The notes: a model not told the origin generated them from the letters alone. Numbered from the stretch's first letter, positions 37,383 to 51,819 are shown. The stretch: DNA of 64,000 nucleotides from Podarcis tiliguerta (GCA_965153285.1 OZ229110.1), one strand, 5' to 3'. Program-made: numbers and translations.

Positions 37383-39318
37383 TGAGGAGAAGGGTAACAC
37401 AAGACAAGCAAAAATAGGTACTAAAAGCAGGACACTTATGCGAATGACAAGGATGTTCTACTACACAAGGCCCTGTGAATGAATAAGAACTATAGAACGA
37501 AAGTTTCTGCTGCCGGCTTGTTCCTAAGTTAGGCAAGTCTTGCCATAGAGGATATGTAAAGAGATGAGGCACCAGTTTGCATTATCTTCTGTATGATTTG
37601 TTATGTGGAAAACCCAGTGCAAAAATAACTTATAAGTGCCCTACCTTCCATGTGTATAAAGTTGTGGGATTTCAACTGGCAAGCTGTCAACCACGTAAAG
37701 TTGAATATTCACAATGCAAGTAAGCTGCGAGTTACCTGCGTTACGTAAACTTGTCCAGCAAATTGTGTATTGCATAAAACATTTAAAATGTTTAGGGTTT
37801 CTTCCAACAAGCTGGTCTACACAATACATGGCTTATGATTATTGCAGTTAAGACCTGTCTTAGAAGCTAGCATAGTGTGCTCCAGATGTTGAGGACTATC
37901 ATCCCTGACCATTGGGCATGCTGGCTAGGGCAATGGAAATCGGAGTTCACAACATTAGGAGGACACGGCATTGGTTACTCCTGCCTTAGAGCTATAAACG
38001 CTTTGGTTGTGAATTTAGCAATTTGTTTATTTTATTCAAAACAAAATACTTAGATCTTTCATACAGATGGTAGCGTATCATTGATATAAACCAAAGCTGA
38101 GTAAAGCAATATAATAAAATAACCACAAAATGGCTGAATAAGGACATAAAGACAATAACTGGTCTGCTATCCCAACCAAACACCTTCCAAAATAGCAGAG
38201 AACATTATCATCCTTTCAAAAATTATATTTTAATACCTATTTACTGTGAACGCTCTCACATTTAAATACCTGGAATAGTTGCATCCTGTAAGCACATACA
38301 GCTTCCTGCAGTTTTCTGAAAATTCATGAGCAGTTGCAACAAGTGGATGTCATGAAGCTAATCAAAGTGAATCAGAATGGAAGGCAAATCTGGGTATTTT
38401 CTTCCAGAGGCAAGCAAATCTCTACAGTGAATTCTCATTGCTTATCTGTCCCAGTTTAGGATATTGTCAGTCTTGTTGTTTTAAATGATGATCCTAAGGA
38501 GGATGGCAACTTGCCAGACCTCTCCAGGAGGAATATGAGTTAACGCGTATAGATTAGGTGTCAACATGTGACTGACACAACCTCTAATGATGTGAATTAT
38601 TATTTAGTTCCAGTTTTATGATGTTTGTGTTGGTGCGTGGCCTTACTGCATGATATTCTCCTGAGACAAATTCTAGTTCAGGGGTGGGAGTGTGCCGAAC
38701 ATAGACTTTTATATTCCAAATCACAAGCCTGTTGTCTTCACCTTTGTTTTCACCAACTATGATCAGCACTTTTATAAATATCAGTTACTTCAGTTCAATA
38801 TTGAATATACCATTTCCCTTGTCATAAACCTGGGAAGATGTGCAAAGCCCTCTTTGGGAGGTATCGTTCAGTACCATTATCCAATATGAATTTCTTGGAC
38901 ACACTGCCATACATTTTCATCATTATACAGAAAGAGTACAGCAATCATTCTTGAATTTCATTTATTTTTATTTTCCCTTAACTTTTAATACTAGTTTGTT
39001 GCTGAAAATGTTCATTTTTAGTTTTATGCCTGAGAAAGGTTATTGTATCCTTTTAGAGCCTAAATCTTTTAAAAAACAACAACACAATACTATATTTTCA
39101 GTGTGGAACTGGAGTCTGTGTTGTATAAAAGCTAGATACGTAGTTAAGTTTCTATTTCAGATTCATATCCCTGCTTAGTTTATAATCTAACTTCTCTAGC
39201 CTAACTTCATCTGACTTCATCAGGGTAATTCCAGTTCAAATCTTCACAAATTAATCTGTTTTGAGATCTGAGGAGATAAGAGAATTTATATAGGGGAAGG
39301 TGGCCTGACTTCCTAACT

Positions 39319-39617
39319 CAAATACCCTCCAACATTTCTCTGAGGAAAATAGGGATGTCCAGTGCTATTTTTCTAGAAAAAGATGCTAGAACTCAACTCA
39401 TTCTCTTAGATAGCAGTGGTGCCCACCTGAGAGGTGCTGGAACTGAGTTCTGGTGAGTTCCAACTGGGGAAAAAGCCCTGGGGACATCCTATTCCATGGC
39501 CCTCCAACATTTCTCTCATGAAAATAGGGGCATCCTAAGGAAAAGTGGGACATTCTAGGATCAAATAAGAAACCAGGATGGCTTCTGTCAATCCAGGACT
39601 GTCCCTTGGAGGGTCTG
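39319..39617. mobile_element. hAT-type MITE hosting a nested MITE
   Basis: Termini ACCCTCCAA / TTGGAGGGT; internal direct repeat CCCTCCAACATTTCTCT..GAAAATAGGG x2. Confidence 0.65.
39360..39480. mobile_element. 121-bp hAT MITE (nested)
   Basis: Termini CAGTGCTATTTTTC / GAAAAAGCCCTG; 8-bp TSD GGGATGTC / GGGACATC. Confidence 0.75.
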
Positions 39618-39813
39618 AATTCAGCAGATCCATTGCCCAGTTCCCATGGTACACTTTCTGGATGGACCAGCTGTCCTGGTGATGCACAGAATAGGGAAGC
39701 TATGTTTTCCTCTGGGGTTTGAGGATCATGATGTCTGATACTAGTTTCTTCAAGAACTTCTCTCAGCCTGTTCATTCCGGGGTGGAAGTTCAGACCAGAT
39801 TTAGACTTCATAC

Positions 39814-40332
39814 TGTTACAAAAGCCTGACGCCCATCCCTCTCTCTGCCAAGCCATGGCAAGAGCGCATGGGATTTCAGGCACCCACACAGGGTCTCTGT
39901 ACCTTGGGAGAATAGAAGACACTGTGCATTAAGAAATAGAGGTTATTTGCCTATTTACACCCTCAGTCTGTAGGGAGGGCATCCGGATCTTGCAGCATGG
40001 CCCAGAGCACTGTAGACAGTCCTTTACACTCGCCAAGATGGACCTTCCTTACTTACTTCCTCCTCCTCCTTCCCAGAAACACCTTGCCCTCCCCCAGAGC
40101 AGTTACCCTGGCAACCTTTCCAACCCCTGTCGCTGTTCACACCTCAAGGCAGTTCTCTTGCATTGGCAACGACCTTCAATGGCTCTCTATTGTTCCCTTA
40201 ACCTAGCTCGGTCAGGCTGATTTGAGTAACCCAGCCCAGGAATTCCCAGTATGGCACAGCCCTGCACTTTGTTTTAACCCATCCCCCGTTAATCAAAACC
40301 CTGGCATTTATTAATTTATAGGTTTTGCCACA
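39814..40332. mobile_element. Possible solo LTR
   Basis: Imperfect inverted termini TGTTACAAAA / TTTTGCCACA around a pyrimidine-rich block; no TSD seen. Confidence 0.35.
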
Positions 40333-40708
40333 AATCTCTAACAATGCCTTTCTGTCACTCTCCACAACTAGCATTCCACCTCCTCTTTCCTGTCCAATTT
40401 GAGTACACTCATGGGTCCTTCTGAAGCAGGCAAAAATGAGTGACTTGTGCTCAAATCACAACTAAAAACTGGCTTATTACACACACACACACACACACCT
40501 TCCTTCACAACCTAATCTTAAATGTAAGGTGGCTGGTCATTACTGAATCTTCTTCGAATGCAATGAAAGTGGGATTAGCACTCTAGGTTGGAATCTATAT
40601 TAACTGATATAATTCCTGAAAGCAATTGTTGGGTGTATTTTAATGTGTTCATTTTTATTTGTTAATGAACCATTCTCTTATTTCCTTAATGTTTGTTCTG
40701 TTTTCCAG

Positions 40709-40966
40709 AGCCTAATGATTCACCTCCAGTTCTTTTGATTGCAAGCTCTGATACTATTGAGGTCCTATATCTAAATGGAACTAAATCATCTACCCTTGGC
40801 TTTGTGAGAGGAACTGGAATTCAGACATTGGATTTTATATACAACACGAACACAGTTTGTTGGATTGAATCAAGGGAATCTTCAAGTCAGCTGAAATGCG
40901 TTGAGACATCAAAAACTGGCATGCTAACAGATGAATGGATAATAAGCACTATTCCTTATCTTCACA
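40709..40966 (+). CDS. LRP1B: LRP1B coding exon (exon 6 equivalent), start of first beta-propeller
   Basis: Acceptor ctgttttccag, donor ACA/gtaagt; 258 bp, phase 1-1; [26 protein letters not shown]...[25 protein letters not shown]...LTDEW; WIESRESS is LRP1B-like, not LRP1-like. Confidence 0.96.
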
Positions 40967-41362
40967 GTAAGTATTTTAAGTTTGAGAAAGTAACTTCAAG
41001 CAAAATGATAAGAAGAGCCTCTATCTTTTCAGCAAACTTTCTTACAGATTTAATGTTATTATATAAACGTTATTTAGAGTGGCATCTTACGGTAGTAATC
41101 AGGGGAGATAAGTCCATATAATTGTCATATCTAAAGCCGTGCCCATGGAAACAATGTAAGCAGAGTAGTTTAGATGTGGTTAGGAACATCTCTAAATTTC
41201 TTCCCAGTTTGGGTGCGTGAGAGGGGAAGTTGGATGAATCCAAGCCATTTCCTGGTTTTCCCTTTTTCGCCATATTGATGTCAGTGCTCCTTTTGTTCGG
41301 ACAGGATGTCAGAGGCTTCAGCAGTCATAGGGAAGGGAAATCTGACATTGGTTCTCCCTTTT

Positions 41363-41627
41363 GAGAGCCAGTGTGGTGTAGTGGTTAAGAGCGGTAGTCT
41401 CGTAATCTGGGGAACCGGGTTCGCGTCTCCGCTCCTCCACATGCAGCTGCTGGGTGACCTTGGGCCAGTCACACTTCTTTGAAGTTTCTCAGCCCCACTC
41501 ACCTCACAGAGTGTTTGTTGTGGGAGAGGAAGGGCAAGGAGAATGTTAGCCGCTTTGAGACTCCTTAAAGGGAGTGAAAGGCGGGATATCAAATCACTCT
41601 TCTTCTTCTTCTTCTTCTTCTTCTTCT
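41363..41627 (+). mobile_element. Full-length young Squam3-type SINE with long (CTT)n tail
   Basis: GAGAGCCAGTGTGGTGTAGTGG A box, GGTTCGCGTCTCC B-box region with CpGs retained, about 10 CTT units. Confidence 0.88.
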
Positions 41628-43259
41628 TTTCTTATATTGGTGCTCTGTGAAGTCAGAGAGGGCCATCCAACAAATCCTATTGCACCTGGGGCTTCCTCAC
41701 AGGTGACACCCTTATTTATCTTCCTTCATAAATCTGGTCTTTTCACCGACTGAAGTCTTAGAATACTGCAGTGTACAAATTTAAATAAACAAGCTGTGTA
41801 GTGCTATTGGGTATAGTTTTATTTTTTGTTCGGAAGCAATTAGTGCCTTTTAAAAATTGGGAGTGGATATGAGCAATATTAGATTATTTGTGTTTAGAGA
41901 AAAGGCAACTTGAGGCTTTTTGATTTGAAGACTGTTATGATGGCTATGAATTTGAACATTTATTCTTGGATTGAAAAGTTCACTATAAACAAGTGGAACA
42001 GAATTACTTTAAGCATAGCCAAGTTGTCATTGTGCAATTCTTCTGAGTCACTTTGAAAACAAAGTCATTTAATGCGTTGAAGGAATTTAATAAAGGCAGT
42101 AAGGGCATTAATGTATGAGAAGGTTGGGCTGTCCTGTCACCATGTATAAGCTGTTCATTTTATCAATATGTCACAGAGCAGCTGGAGTTTGATGAGATGG
42201 TCTATGCATTTCACCATGACGGTTCTGGAGTTGATGCTAAAGTCTGAATATTCCTTGCATGCATAATTACATAAACACTCCATCACACCATATAAGCAAA
42301 AATAATGAACTAATTGGAGAGTGCTTGAATATTTGTCCCTGTATGTTGTTCCAGAGAAGTCTTTCTGGGCTTTTCTTCAACTTGTTTTCAGACCATTCAC
42401 CAGCATTGCCTTGCACTCTCCTCTCCACACCCCATCAAAATAAAAATGACAACCTTATTTCCATTGTATTTCACTTTGAAAATCCATAATAATGGAAATT
42501 AAAGTAAGCAAAAAAAAAAAAATCTTCCTCCTCTCTTTAATATGTACTCAGGTTTTGCTCATTCACAAAGGAAATTGATTATAAGCAAAAGAAAGATGGG
42601 TGAAAATGCACGTAATGAGCCATTGAGATCAAGAGTATGGCTCAATAACTGACACCTGAAAATGTTTAACAAAGCATGAATAGCCTGCATGTGCAATGCA
42701 GAGCTAAAATGAGTGCAAAATTGCCTCGTTATTTATCCTGAAACTTTCTCAATAACTGAACAACGGTCCATTTTCAAGCCCTGTAATATATATCTCTTTC
42801 CTGTAGAATCCTTAATGGGTGAAAACTAAAATCTGCCTGGTTAAATGGGAAAAGAAAGTGTGTAGTAATTTAACATCTTCAGTTAAAAGGAGACAAGCCC
42901 TTCCTAAGTGGTCACTTTCTACATCATATGAAATTGAATATCTTAGAAATAATGCAAATTGTTGCTGTGATTATCTGCCCACCACGTGCATGCTGATTAA
43001 GTGTGGTGTTGCAGAAGTCAATGAGACTTCAACGAAAGGTACACACCCTTTTATAAGTATATGAAACTATTGATTTCAATTTTTTTTAAAAGCAAAATTC
43101 TCATTGAGGTTCTACGTACGTAATAGCTGGCACTACTGCTAAGAGAACTGATGTATAGAATTTCAGAATCCTGCTAAGTCTCGGATCTATGACAAGGAAC
43201 AGGCCATAGCAGCCTGAATGACAATAGGCTAGGCTTAGGGGCAGCTGCATTATTTGGTT

Positions 43260-44100
43260 GTCTTTACTTTCTTTTGTATATTTTATTGAAAGTTTTATGG
43301 TGAATTAAAGTAAATGAGGGAAAAAAGAGAAAGAAAAAAATACATAAAAAACAAAGCAAAGGAAAACAATAATAATGAAGTTAAGAATAACATGTAATTA
43401 AGATTGCAGAACTATGTAGCATATATGTAAGTAGATAAACTTATTATTTTCCTCAAGTATACATCGGTTCAGGAGTCAACTATATTTTCAATAAATATGT
43501 TCCAAATATCATTAAATTTGTCCATATGTAATCTTTGTCTGAAAGCGATCCATTCATAGGTTGCTAGAGTTGTCATGTTGTCTATCCATTGATCAAAGGG
43601 AGCATATTTTTATCCTTCCAATGTCTTTTTGCAGATGTAAGGGCATGGAGAATCCATTTATGTTGACCAGTTGTCAAGCTCCATATATTAGATATATGGC
43701 TTTAAATGACAAAACTTTTAACTCTTTCCCCACAATAGTATTTATACACCCTAGTATTATCCCCCCAAAATTTGCAAACACTGAACACTGTATAAACATG
43801 TTTCAAAGAAGCGTTTTCCATATGGCATCTCCAATAGCATGTTGTCATTTATAGACCATGCTAAGCAATCGTGATGTAGTCCAACAAACTCAAAAGAAAA
43901 TCTTTTGTTGTATGAGACATAGTTTGTAATCTAATGACACTTTAGAAATGGAGGCTAGTACATTATCCCATTGTTTAAGATTGGGCTCATTAATTCTTTA
44001 TTCCATTCATTTATCAAAGTCTATGTGTCAAATTGATTATTAGACACTAATTAGCTATAAAAAGTAATAGCTTTTTTTAGCCTCTAAGATTTTGGATAGT
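43260..44100 (-). mobile_element. Degenerate L1-clade LINE 3' fragment
   Basis: Minus translation includes the CWRCH...KH...QC zinc-knuckle region and WILHALTSAKRH..WKDK..DQWIDNMTTLATYEW..F....DKFNDIW, typical of non-mammalian L1 ORF2 C-termini; plus-strand TTTATT (minus AATAAA) near 43283. Confidence 0.7.
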
Positions 44101-47100
44101 GTGTAAAACACGAAAGTTTTTCAGTTGAGAATGGTACATATGCGGCATTACCATGGTGAGAGGAAGGGGTCTGTTTTGACTGGCAAAGTGGAATACAGTC
44201 TGCATGAGTGCAGATGGAGTTCTGTGGGGAGGGGGGAAGAGAGAGAAATTCAATAGGGAACAATGTACAATAACCAGGATTGGAACTGGAACTAAACCAC
44301 CCTTTCCCAACCTGGTGCCCTCAAGATATTTTGAAGTAAACATGACCCTTTGCCATGCTGGCTAGGGCTGATGGGAGTTGTAGTTCACAAACATCTGGAA
44401 AACACCAGGTTTCCAATCCAAACTAGCTGCCTTGGTGGAGGAGAATCTATAGGTCTGAAAGGTGGGATACAAATGGAATAAAATTAAATAATATATGAAC
44501 AATTCAAACTATTTAATTGCAAATATTTGCAACTTTGTATGTTTGCTATTTTGAATAACAGTCCTAAACATGCAATATACTTAAGAGAGGCAAGGGAGTA
44601 TCCACGAAGCTCTTTGCTAAATTTCAAAGCAACTGTTGTGAAGGAAACACTGTATAATTTCCATTACAAGGTATACAGATGCAAAGCATATATTATTGAA
44701 AATAGCAGCGGGAAGAGGTGCAATGAGATTCACGCCCAGCTGATAGGCAGAGGCAGGGAATGACAGTAGCCAGTGCCAGCCAGAGTAGAACTGAGAGCTT
44801 CGTTCGTTCCCAGGAAATGTTGTTCCTATAGCTCCTACTCCCATGGTTCTTGGAAATTTAATAGGAGATGCATTGGCTCAAACTTCTACACTTGCCCCCA
44901 CCCTCCATGTGAAGGAGAGCTGAAAGTGAGGGTGTGAATCACATCAACCTAAGTTTAATTCTTATAACAACATTTATTTATTTTTTGCTATGACTGAATG
45001 CATAAAATTAAGTGCATTTCATTCCTTAGTAGCCAAGGAATAACTGTGCAATATTGGATAAGCTGCTTTAATTGGCTTATTAAATATTCCTGATGGATCA
45101 ACAAGATGATCGTTATTGGATGCTTTTCTGCTGATAATGTTTACTCAGTTTTATTTTTATCTGATTTAGCATGCCTAATTGATGCTCACTGTTTTCTGTA
45201 TTGCCACATCAGCATAAAACACTGCTGTACCAATTTGTAAAATGTTTCACATTGAAAGCTTCCAAAATAGACATTAATATTTTGGGGTTTTTCACCCATG
45301 TTTGAGAAGCTAAAAACTAGCACTAAATATTTAATGACAGCTAGGAAATGTTGATTTCTGAGAAGAACATAGGTGAATTTAGGGAAAAGGAGAAAAAGTG
45401 CATTTTTAACACTATTGCAATTGCCACTTACTTGTGTATTGTAAATCTGTCCATACCTAACTAATAACACACAAAAATGTTTGTTTATTGTCTCTGTTAA
45501 TAGTATGTGGTTTTAAGGCCTATGTGCATTTTAAAAGTCCTAATTTAAGTAGGAGAATGCATTGCAATTCCAAGTAGTGTGAATCAATGTTGTTTGCTTA
45601 GCAATTCCTCCCCCCAGCCCCCAATGCCAGCCTGGCACAATAAAGCCTGAAATATGAATTCCCTTTTAAGAAGCTGACTATAATAAATAGATTTTATATT
45701 ATCCCTGGAGAAGCATATTTGAGGACCTGCACTCAGAGTATTAAAACATTCTACCTTTTCCCCCAAGTCATTTTCTTAATAACTTTTTACTAGAAAGTCA
45801 ATCCATATTTTATTAAAATATTGTATACAACTTAAAAATTTTAATTACCCACTGCTTAGCATCTTTATGGGATAACATAAAAATGGCAGCATTAATTTTG
45901 AAGAACAGAAGCTATTTTTCCCCCCACTGAACTTCATGACATAGAGAAAAAGCAGAGTGTAAACTAGAATTCCAATGAGAACGTGGAGGGAGCTTACAGG
46001 ATGCCTTGGAAAGAGACAACTGGAAACAGCCAAAGCATGTAGGGTAGCGTAATCATGCCATATATCCCCTATAATAGCTTGGTTCACTAAACTCTGGGTA
46101 GTTGATGGCACATCAATTGATGCTAAATTATGCTTTAATTTTAAGTTTAGCAGCAGATTACTTAACTACTTTGAAGTAAATAACCAGTTTTGATTTACTG
46201 TCTGCAAAGATTTATAGTACGCTTTTTGAATGTGTCGTTAAAAGAAAGAGAGTGTTACGGCTGTTGTACCTCTATAAATCTGCCTTCATTGTTCTGCAGA
46301 GGTGCCAAACAGCTGAGACCCTATTGCAAATTTACAATCATTTGGCAACACCACTAAAAATCAGTAAAGCAGAAATGGGAGATGGGACCATTTTCTGTTC
46401 TTATTCTTTGATTGTGCCTGAAATTGGCAGCAAAAACAGTCAGCCACTTAAAAAACAATCAAGAAGGACATTATTTCATTTGTAGTGGTCACAGAGTATG
46501 AAAAATGAGTATTTTATAATATTTTGTTCCCTTTTTAGATGTGGTCAGTATGGAGAAATTTACAGCAAGAATAAATTAAGCAGCCTGTCTTAGTATTTTT
46601 TAAAATCAGTGCTATACATATCTACACAAAATTAAATCCCATTGAGTTCAATGGGACTTCTTCCCAGCTGATTGTACACAAGTTTGCTTTAGAACAGAAG
46701 ATGGAACAGTAACTAAAAAAACCTGTTAGATAGTCTAGTAGAAGTTAGCTTGCAGGGGGTAGGAAAGATAAGGAGCAGGACCACCAGTGAGATCCAAGTC
46801 CCCACCCCTGAGATAAGTGATAAGAGACAATAGATATATTTGCACTAACCCAATGTTAGGTAAATAAAACAAATATGTTCTTTCTGTAAGATACATACAT
46901 AAATACATGTGTGTGTGCATGTGCATGCTAAGGGACATTTTGGAACTGTTAGACTTCCTAAAGTGAGTTAGATAAATATATGTTGGCAGCTGTTTATAGC
47001 AGTCTGAAAACAAATACTTCATTAATCAGGACATGTTGCAAACTTACATGATGCAAATTTGGAGCGAACAGAGTGATATAACTCTATCCCATTGTTGAAA

Positions 47101-47436
47101 CAAGACCAAATCTAGATAGGTCCAAAGTTATTGAAGAAATGGGCTACCGGGATGTATTAGAGTTGGAATAGATTGACATATTTTTCAATGGAGGGAAGTA
47201 AGAAATGGGTTTCCCCATGGATCTGTTCATTCTCAAACTGGTCCATGAGCTTCATTCATGGTGGCTTTTTTGTGCTGTGCAAGTGGAAAATAAGCCAATC
47301 AGTCTCCAGGATTGGTGACAGCTAGGCACTATGGCCTGGAGACAGTTCCCAGCCTTGCTGGAGATAATTGGAGACCTTGGCCAGTTGTTGAAGGAGAGGT
47401 CCTGGTCTGGAATAAGAACTTTGCTAGGGTATGAAA

Positions 47437-47960
47437 TTTTATTTATTTATTTATATTTATTAAATTTGTATACCGCCCTTCATCTGAATATCACAGGTTG
47501 GTTCGCATTAGAAAAATACAGAATGAAGACACAAAATTCGAACAACAAAACAGAAGCAAAATAAACCAATAACTGCTCTCCCACAGACAGAGAATGTTAA
47601 TCAGCCAAACACTTGAAGAGAATGGCCACTTACCCAGTACAAGGGTGGGTGGTGGTTGTGACCCAGTGCAGCGCTTCCCTCATCCCCTCGAAGCCACATC
47701 ATCTTTACTCCGGCCGTTGCCTCCCAGTTCAGATTTTGGCCAATCCATGGCAGCTGGGGTGGGCCGGGGCAATGGAATGGACTGCACAGCAGGAGTCTTC
47801 ACTCTGGTCTGCTCCACAAGTGCTTAAAGGGGCAGGCCACACTTTTTGCCTGGTGCCTAAAGATGTGTAACAAAGGTGCCAGGTGAGCCTCCTTGGGGAG
47901 AGCATTCCACAAATGGGGAGCCACTGAAAAGGCCCCAGTCTTTCTGATTTGTGAGTTGAT
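47437..47960 (-). mobile_element. Old L2 3' fragment, apparently interrupted
   Basis: (TTTA)n tail plus TATACCGCCC; peptide GAFSVAPHLWNALPKEAHLAPLLHIFRHQAK. Confidence 0.65.
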
Positions 47961-49361
47961 TTTGTCACAAACTTTATATGTTGGCAGGAGTTGCATTGGG
48001 CAGACTCCATAGTCTAATAAGGGGACGCCACGTAAAGCTTCAGATTAAACTCCAGTGCACGCAGCCCAAGAGAAGGCCTCAGGCTGCAAGCCCTGTATTT
48101 AAGACCTCTGTGTTCTAGCCTGAAAAATAATTTGACAGTCTTCTGAAGGATAGCATCTAGTGTAGCATCCTGCTTCCCACAGTTGCTAACCAGATACCTC
48201 TGAAAAGCCCAGACCTGAGGACTACCCCCCTTTTTGATGCTATTTCAGTAAGAAATGATAACCCACTTTTCCTTTGGTAGTAGCCAAAAAATTATTTCAA
48301 AAGCAAAGTATTCATAGTGATGAGTATACAGAATCCACTTTCCCGGTCTGTGATACTAGAGAGAAACCATCTTGTATGCAAACATATTTATACTTATATA
48401 TTGAGAACAGAATTTACTTTGCCACTGGCTTAAACTTTACTTTTATTCCTACAATTCTGAACAATTCTACAATCACCTGATGACATGCATCTTATTTTTT
48501 ACATGAGAATATTGTTATAGAACCCTCTGTTGCTCTATGTACATCACAATATACCAGGCAGAATGAAATCTATCTCAATTGACAGCAGGGTTGTGAATGT
48601 TATTTTCAGTTCCATGTTGAGGGTGCTAGTCTTTGGCTTTTGTTGAACCAGAAATCAACAACCCTAACAGGAAAGAGAAAATAAAATTCACAGCTCTTAT
48701 TCCACTATAGAGCAATTTCACAAGGACTGATATGAAACTTCTTGAATTGGGATAAGATCTGTGAAAACCAAGCATCTTCACATGTTACAAACAAAACAAA
48801 CTATATTTCCCTTGATAATTGCCATTTAGATTGCTCTTCTGGACATTTTCTAAATGGATTTTTTTGCCCTTGGCAGCTAAGGCAGTTGGTACCAGGAGTA
48901 AAATATGCTAACTAGATCAATGCTCTGGAAGCTGAATATTCTGTGATGCTTAAAATATATACAGGGGATTACCTGCTAGTAAAGAATTGTTACTATACTA
49001 ACGAAGTGGCGTCAAATCCTTAGGATGTTAAGGGCATACTCCAGGCATGTGTTTATGGCTAGCACGTGTGCTACTCTGTACACGGGCGAAAATAAATTGA
49101 AATACAGTGATACAATGCTATAGGGAGGAATGTACATTAGGGGCGATATTTTCGAACATGGTGGTTATAGTTGGTTGTCAGTTCAAAATATTTAATTACC
49201 AAGGATGCTGTGTTGAAATTACCAAAGGTGATTCGGAGGCTTTTGCTATGCAAGGCATGCTGCAACATGTCAGGCCACAATACAATGTGGTCCAGAGAAG
49301 GTTGAATTGCTTGCTGCCTCATGAACAGTAGAACTTGGGAAATGAGGTGTCCGGAGAACAG

Positions 49362-49760
49362 GAGGCGGGGCGTAGGAAGGGGTGGGGTGGGGGTGGTCCG
49401 CCCTAGGTGCCCTCACCGATGGAGGTGACATTCAGCACGCCACCTGCCCGTGACTCCCAAGCCTACCCCAAGCCGTCAGGGTAAGGGGGGAGCTGTGCTG
49501 CTTTGCCGGTGGCATTCCCCCCTTTCCCCCTTCATTTTGACAGCCTGGGGGAGGCTTGGGAGTCGCTGGCAGGCAGTGCACCGAATGCCCACCATGGGCA
49601 GCTCATTCCACCCCTGGCTGCAGGGCACGCACGCTGCTCTGGGCACCCGAATGGCTATCCCACGCCTGGGAGGCACCCTCTGCATCACGCCTCCCGAGGG
49701 AGCATGCCCACCCTGGGAAGCGCAGGCATATGCTCTGCCGCTGACAGGAGGGGGGTAGTT
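49362..49760. mobile_element. GC-rich non-autonomous DNA-transposon-like insert
   Basis: Abrupt GC/CpG-rich block starting GGGGCGTAGGAAGGGG...CCGCCCTAGGTGCC, resembling the ends of 22962-23335; right end unresolved. Confidence 0.45.
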
Positions 49761-51819
49761 GAAAAGTGATAATTCCTCCCATCTCCCTCTTCTTGCCTCG
49801 TACTTCATTAGCAACAGTCCATTGACTGGTGCGCGTACAGCCATCAACACCCACTGTTGTAACAGACTGGGAAACAGGGGAAAGGCGCAAGTAGGTGTAC
49901 CACTTGCACCCCCCCCCCAGCCATCGCTTCTTCCATCCTTCCCCCCTCAGTTAAAGTTTCTTCCTCACACACATAGAGTCTCTAGGTGCTTTTTACTATA
50001 GGAGCATTTTGTGTTGTGTTGTTTATTTTATACCACCCTTGTAGAACCCATGTACCACACAGGGCAGCTAGTCAGATATAGTTGTCCAGTAGGGCACCTC
50101 TTCAGTGTAGGAAACCAGGGATGCATGGGAAAATGCTCCGATTTTGATTGGAGTAACCATGCTAGGGAAAAGGATATTATTTGCTTGCTTGGTTGCTAAA
50201 TTTGTATCCTGCCTTTGCACCAGATGGTGTTCCACTGTTTCTCCTATCAAACTTTGTCCTGCAGGTTCCCTACTAGTCCGCCCCCACCTATGTATTCAAA
50301 GGGATATCGGAGAGGGAGACTTACATGTCTCCCATTCATCCACCTAAGGACTGCAGCCTTCTGCAATGATGACCAGAGCGGAAAGAGGGGTTGGATCAGC
50401 CTTAAATAGTACCTGCCCTCCTCCCAAAGGAAGACACTAACCTAAGTATCTTTCCTCTAAGAGAGGGTGGGACAAATTCACTGCCAAGAGTGTGAAGGCA
50501 ATTCTTAAAAGCCTGCAGTGTCAAGTCAATATTCATGGCCTGAAAATGACAGATTTAGTAAGAAATTTATTATTTTATTGCTTGCTCTGTTGCAAACAAT
50601 AAAAAATATATTTTTAATTAATTAAATTGCCTTGATAAATAGATTAAATACTGATAATTTTTTTCCTTCAGTATACTGAGTTTATTTCAAATATTTGACA
50701 TCCTGCTATTACTCTCTAGGAAGGTCAGTGTAACATTACCATGTTGCATCTAACAAATTAATAAAAGACAGTTAACAACTATTACACTTGGGGTGAGGGC
50801 TGTGAAATTAAGCAGAAGAAAACTAATAATATGCAGCTTTTAACAGTGCAAGAAATGGACAGTCGGATGTTTTAGAATATCACTTGCTGGTTGTTTTATC
50901 TGTACATTTGTTATTCCAAGCTAAATTCCAGCTCTGAACATGCAAAAGGTGTATTAAAATTGGACATGGCTGAATATGTTTCTTACTTGATCTTTAAGTG
51001 GGTACCATTTACATGAACAGAGAACACAATTTTGTGATTCATCCAGAGGCACTAAAAGCACTGTTAAAGCACTGTTAATAAAAATTTAAGATTACAAGTT
51101 AATTAGTATGTACATAATTTGGCTCTAGTGTTACCACATAGGTCTAAAATGCAATGTGGAATTCTAATTGGTTGGTTGTTAGAGACATTTAAATAGTTGG
51201 CAAGGAGGCAAGAAAAGTGTTGGTGGTTTTTTGTTTTTTGTTTAACAAAAGGAGTGTCCCCAAAGCTTTGTTACACTAGGTATATTGAAACCTACTTGCT
51301 GACAACTACGGACCTTAAAAAGAAGACATTTAATGTCATTTATTTCTTTAGTGAGAGGGAAACACTGCAGAGATTAAAAGCCTTATTCATTAAAAATACA
51401 TTTGCAAGTTAAGTAGGTTTTTCATGATGTGCATAGAAAAGTGTGGAATGTGCTTTTTAGGCAGAGGCAAACTTTGGTAATTCATTACAACTTTCCAAAC
51501 TTGAAAGCAGCGTGTCATTTATAATTCACTGGTGGGATGCTCAACACAAACACAGCAAGACAGGCACAAGACACAAAGTCTTTTAATTTTTTTTGGGGGG
51601 GGGTCAAGTGTGTAAAGCTGAAGGTGCACAAGTTAAGTTGCAGGCTGGCTGTATTGAAGATCCAACACTGATATCAAAGTGTGTGGAATTGATTTGACAA
51701 CCCCCTGTTGTAATCTTCTGTTATCATAATAAACTAGCCATCAGCGATAAATGTGCACTAGCCTTTGGAAAGATAATATAATAAACTATTAAACCTGTAG
51801 AAAAAGCTCAACCTTTCTT

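Noticed and set aside
39398-39922. 174-aa minus-strand ORF
   Set aside because: Spans nested MITEs and LTR-like sequence; no domain signature.
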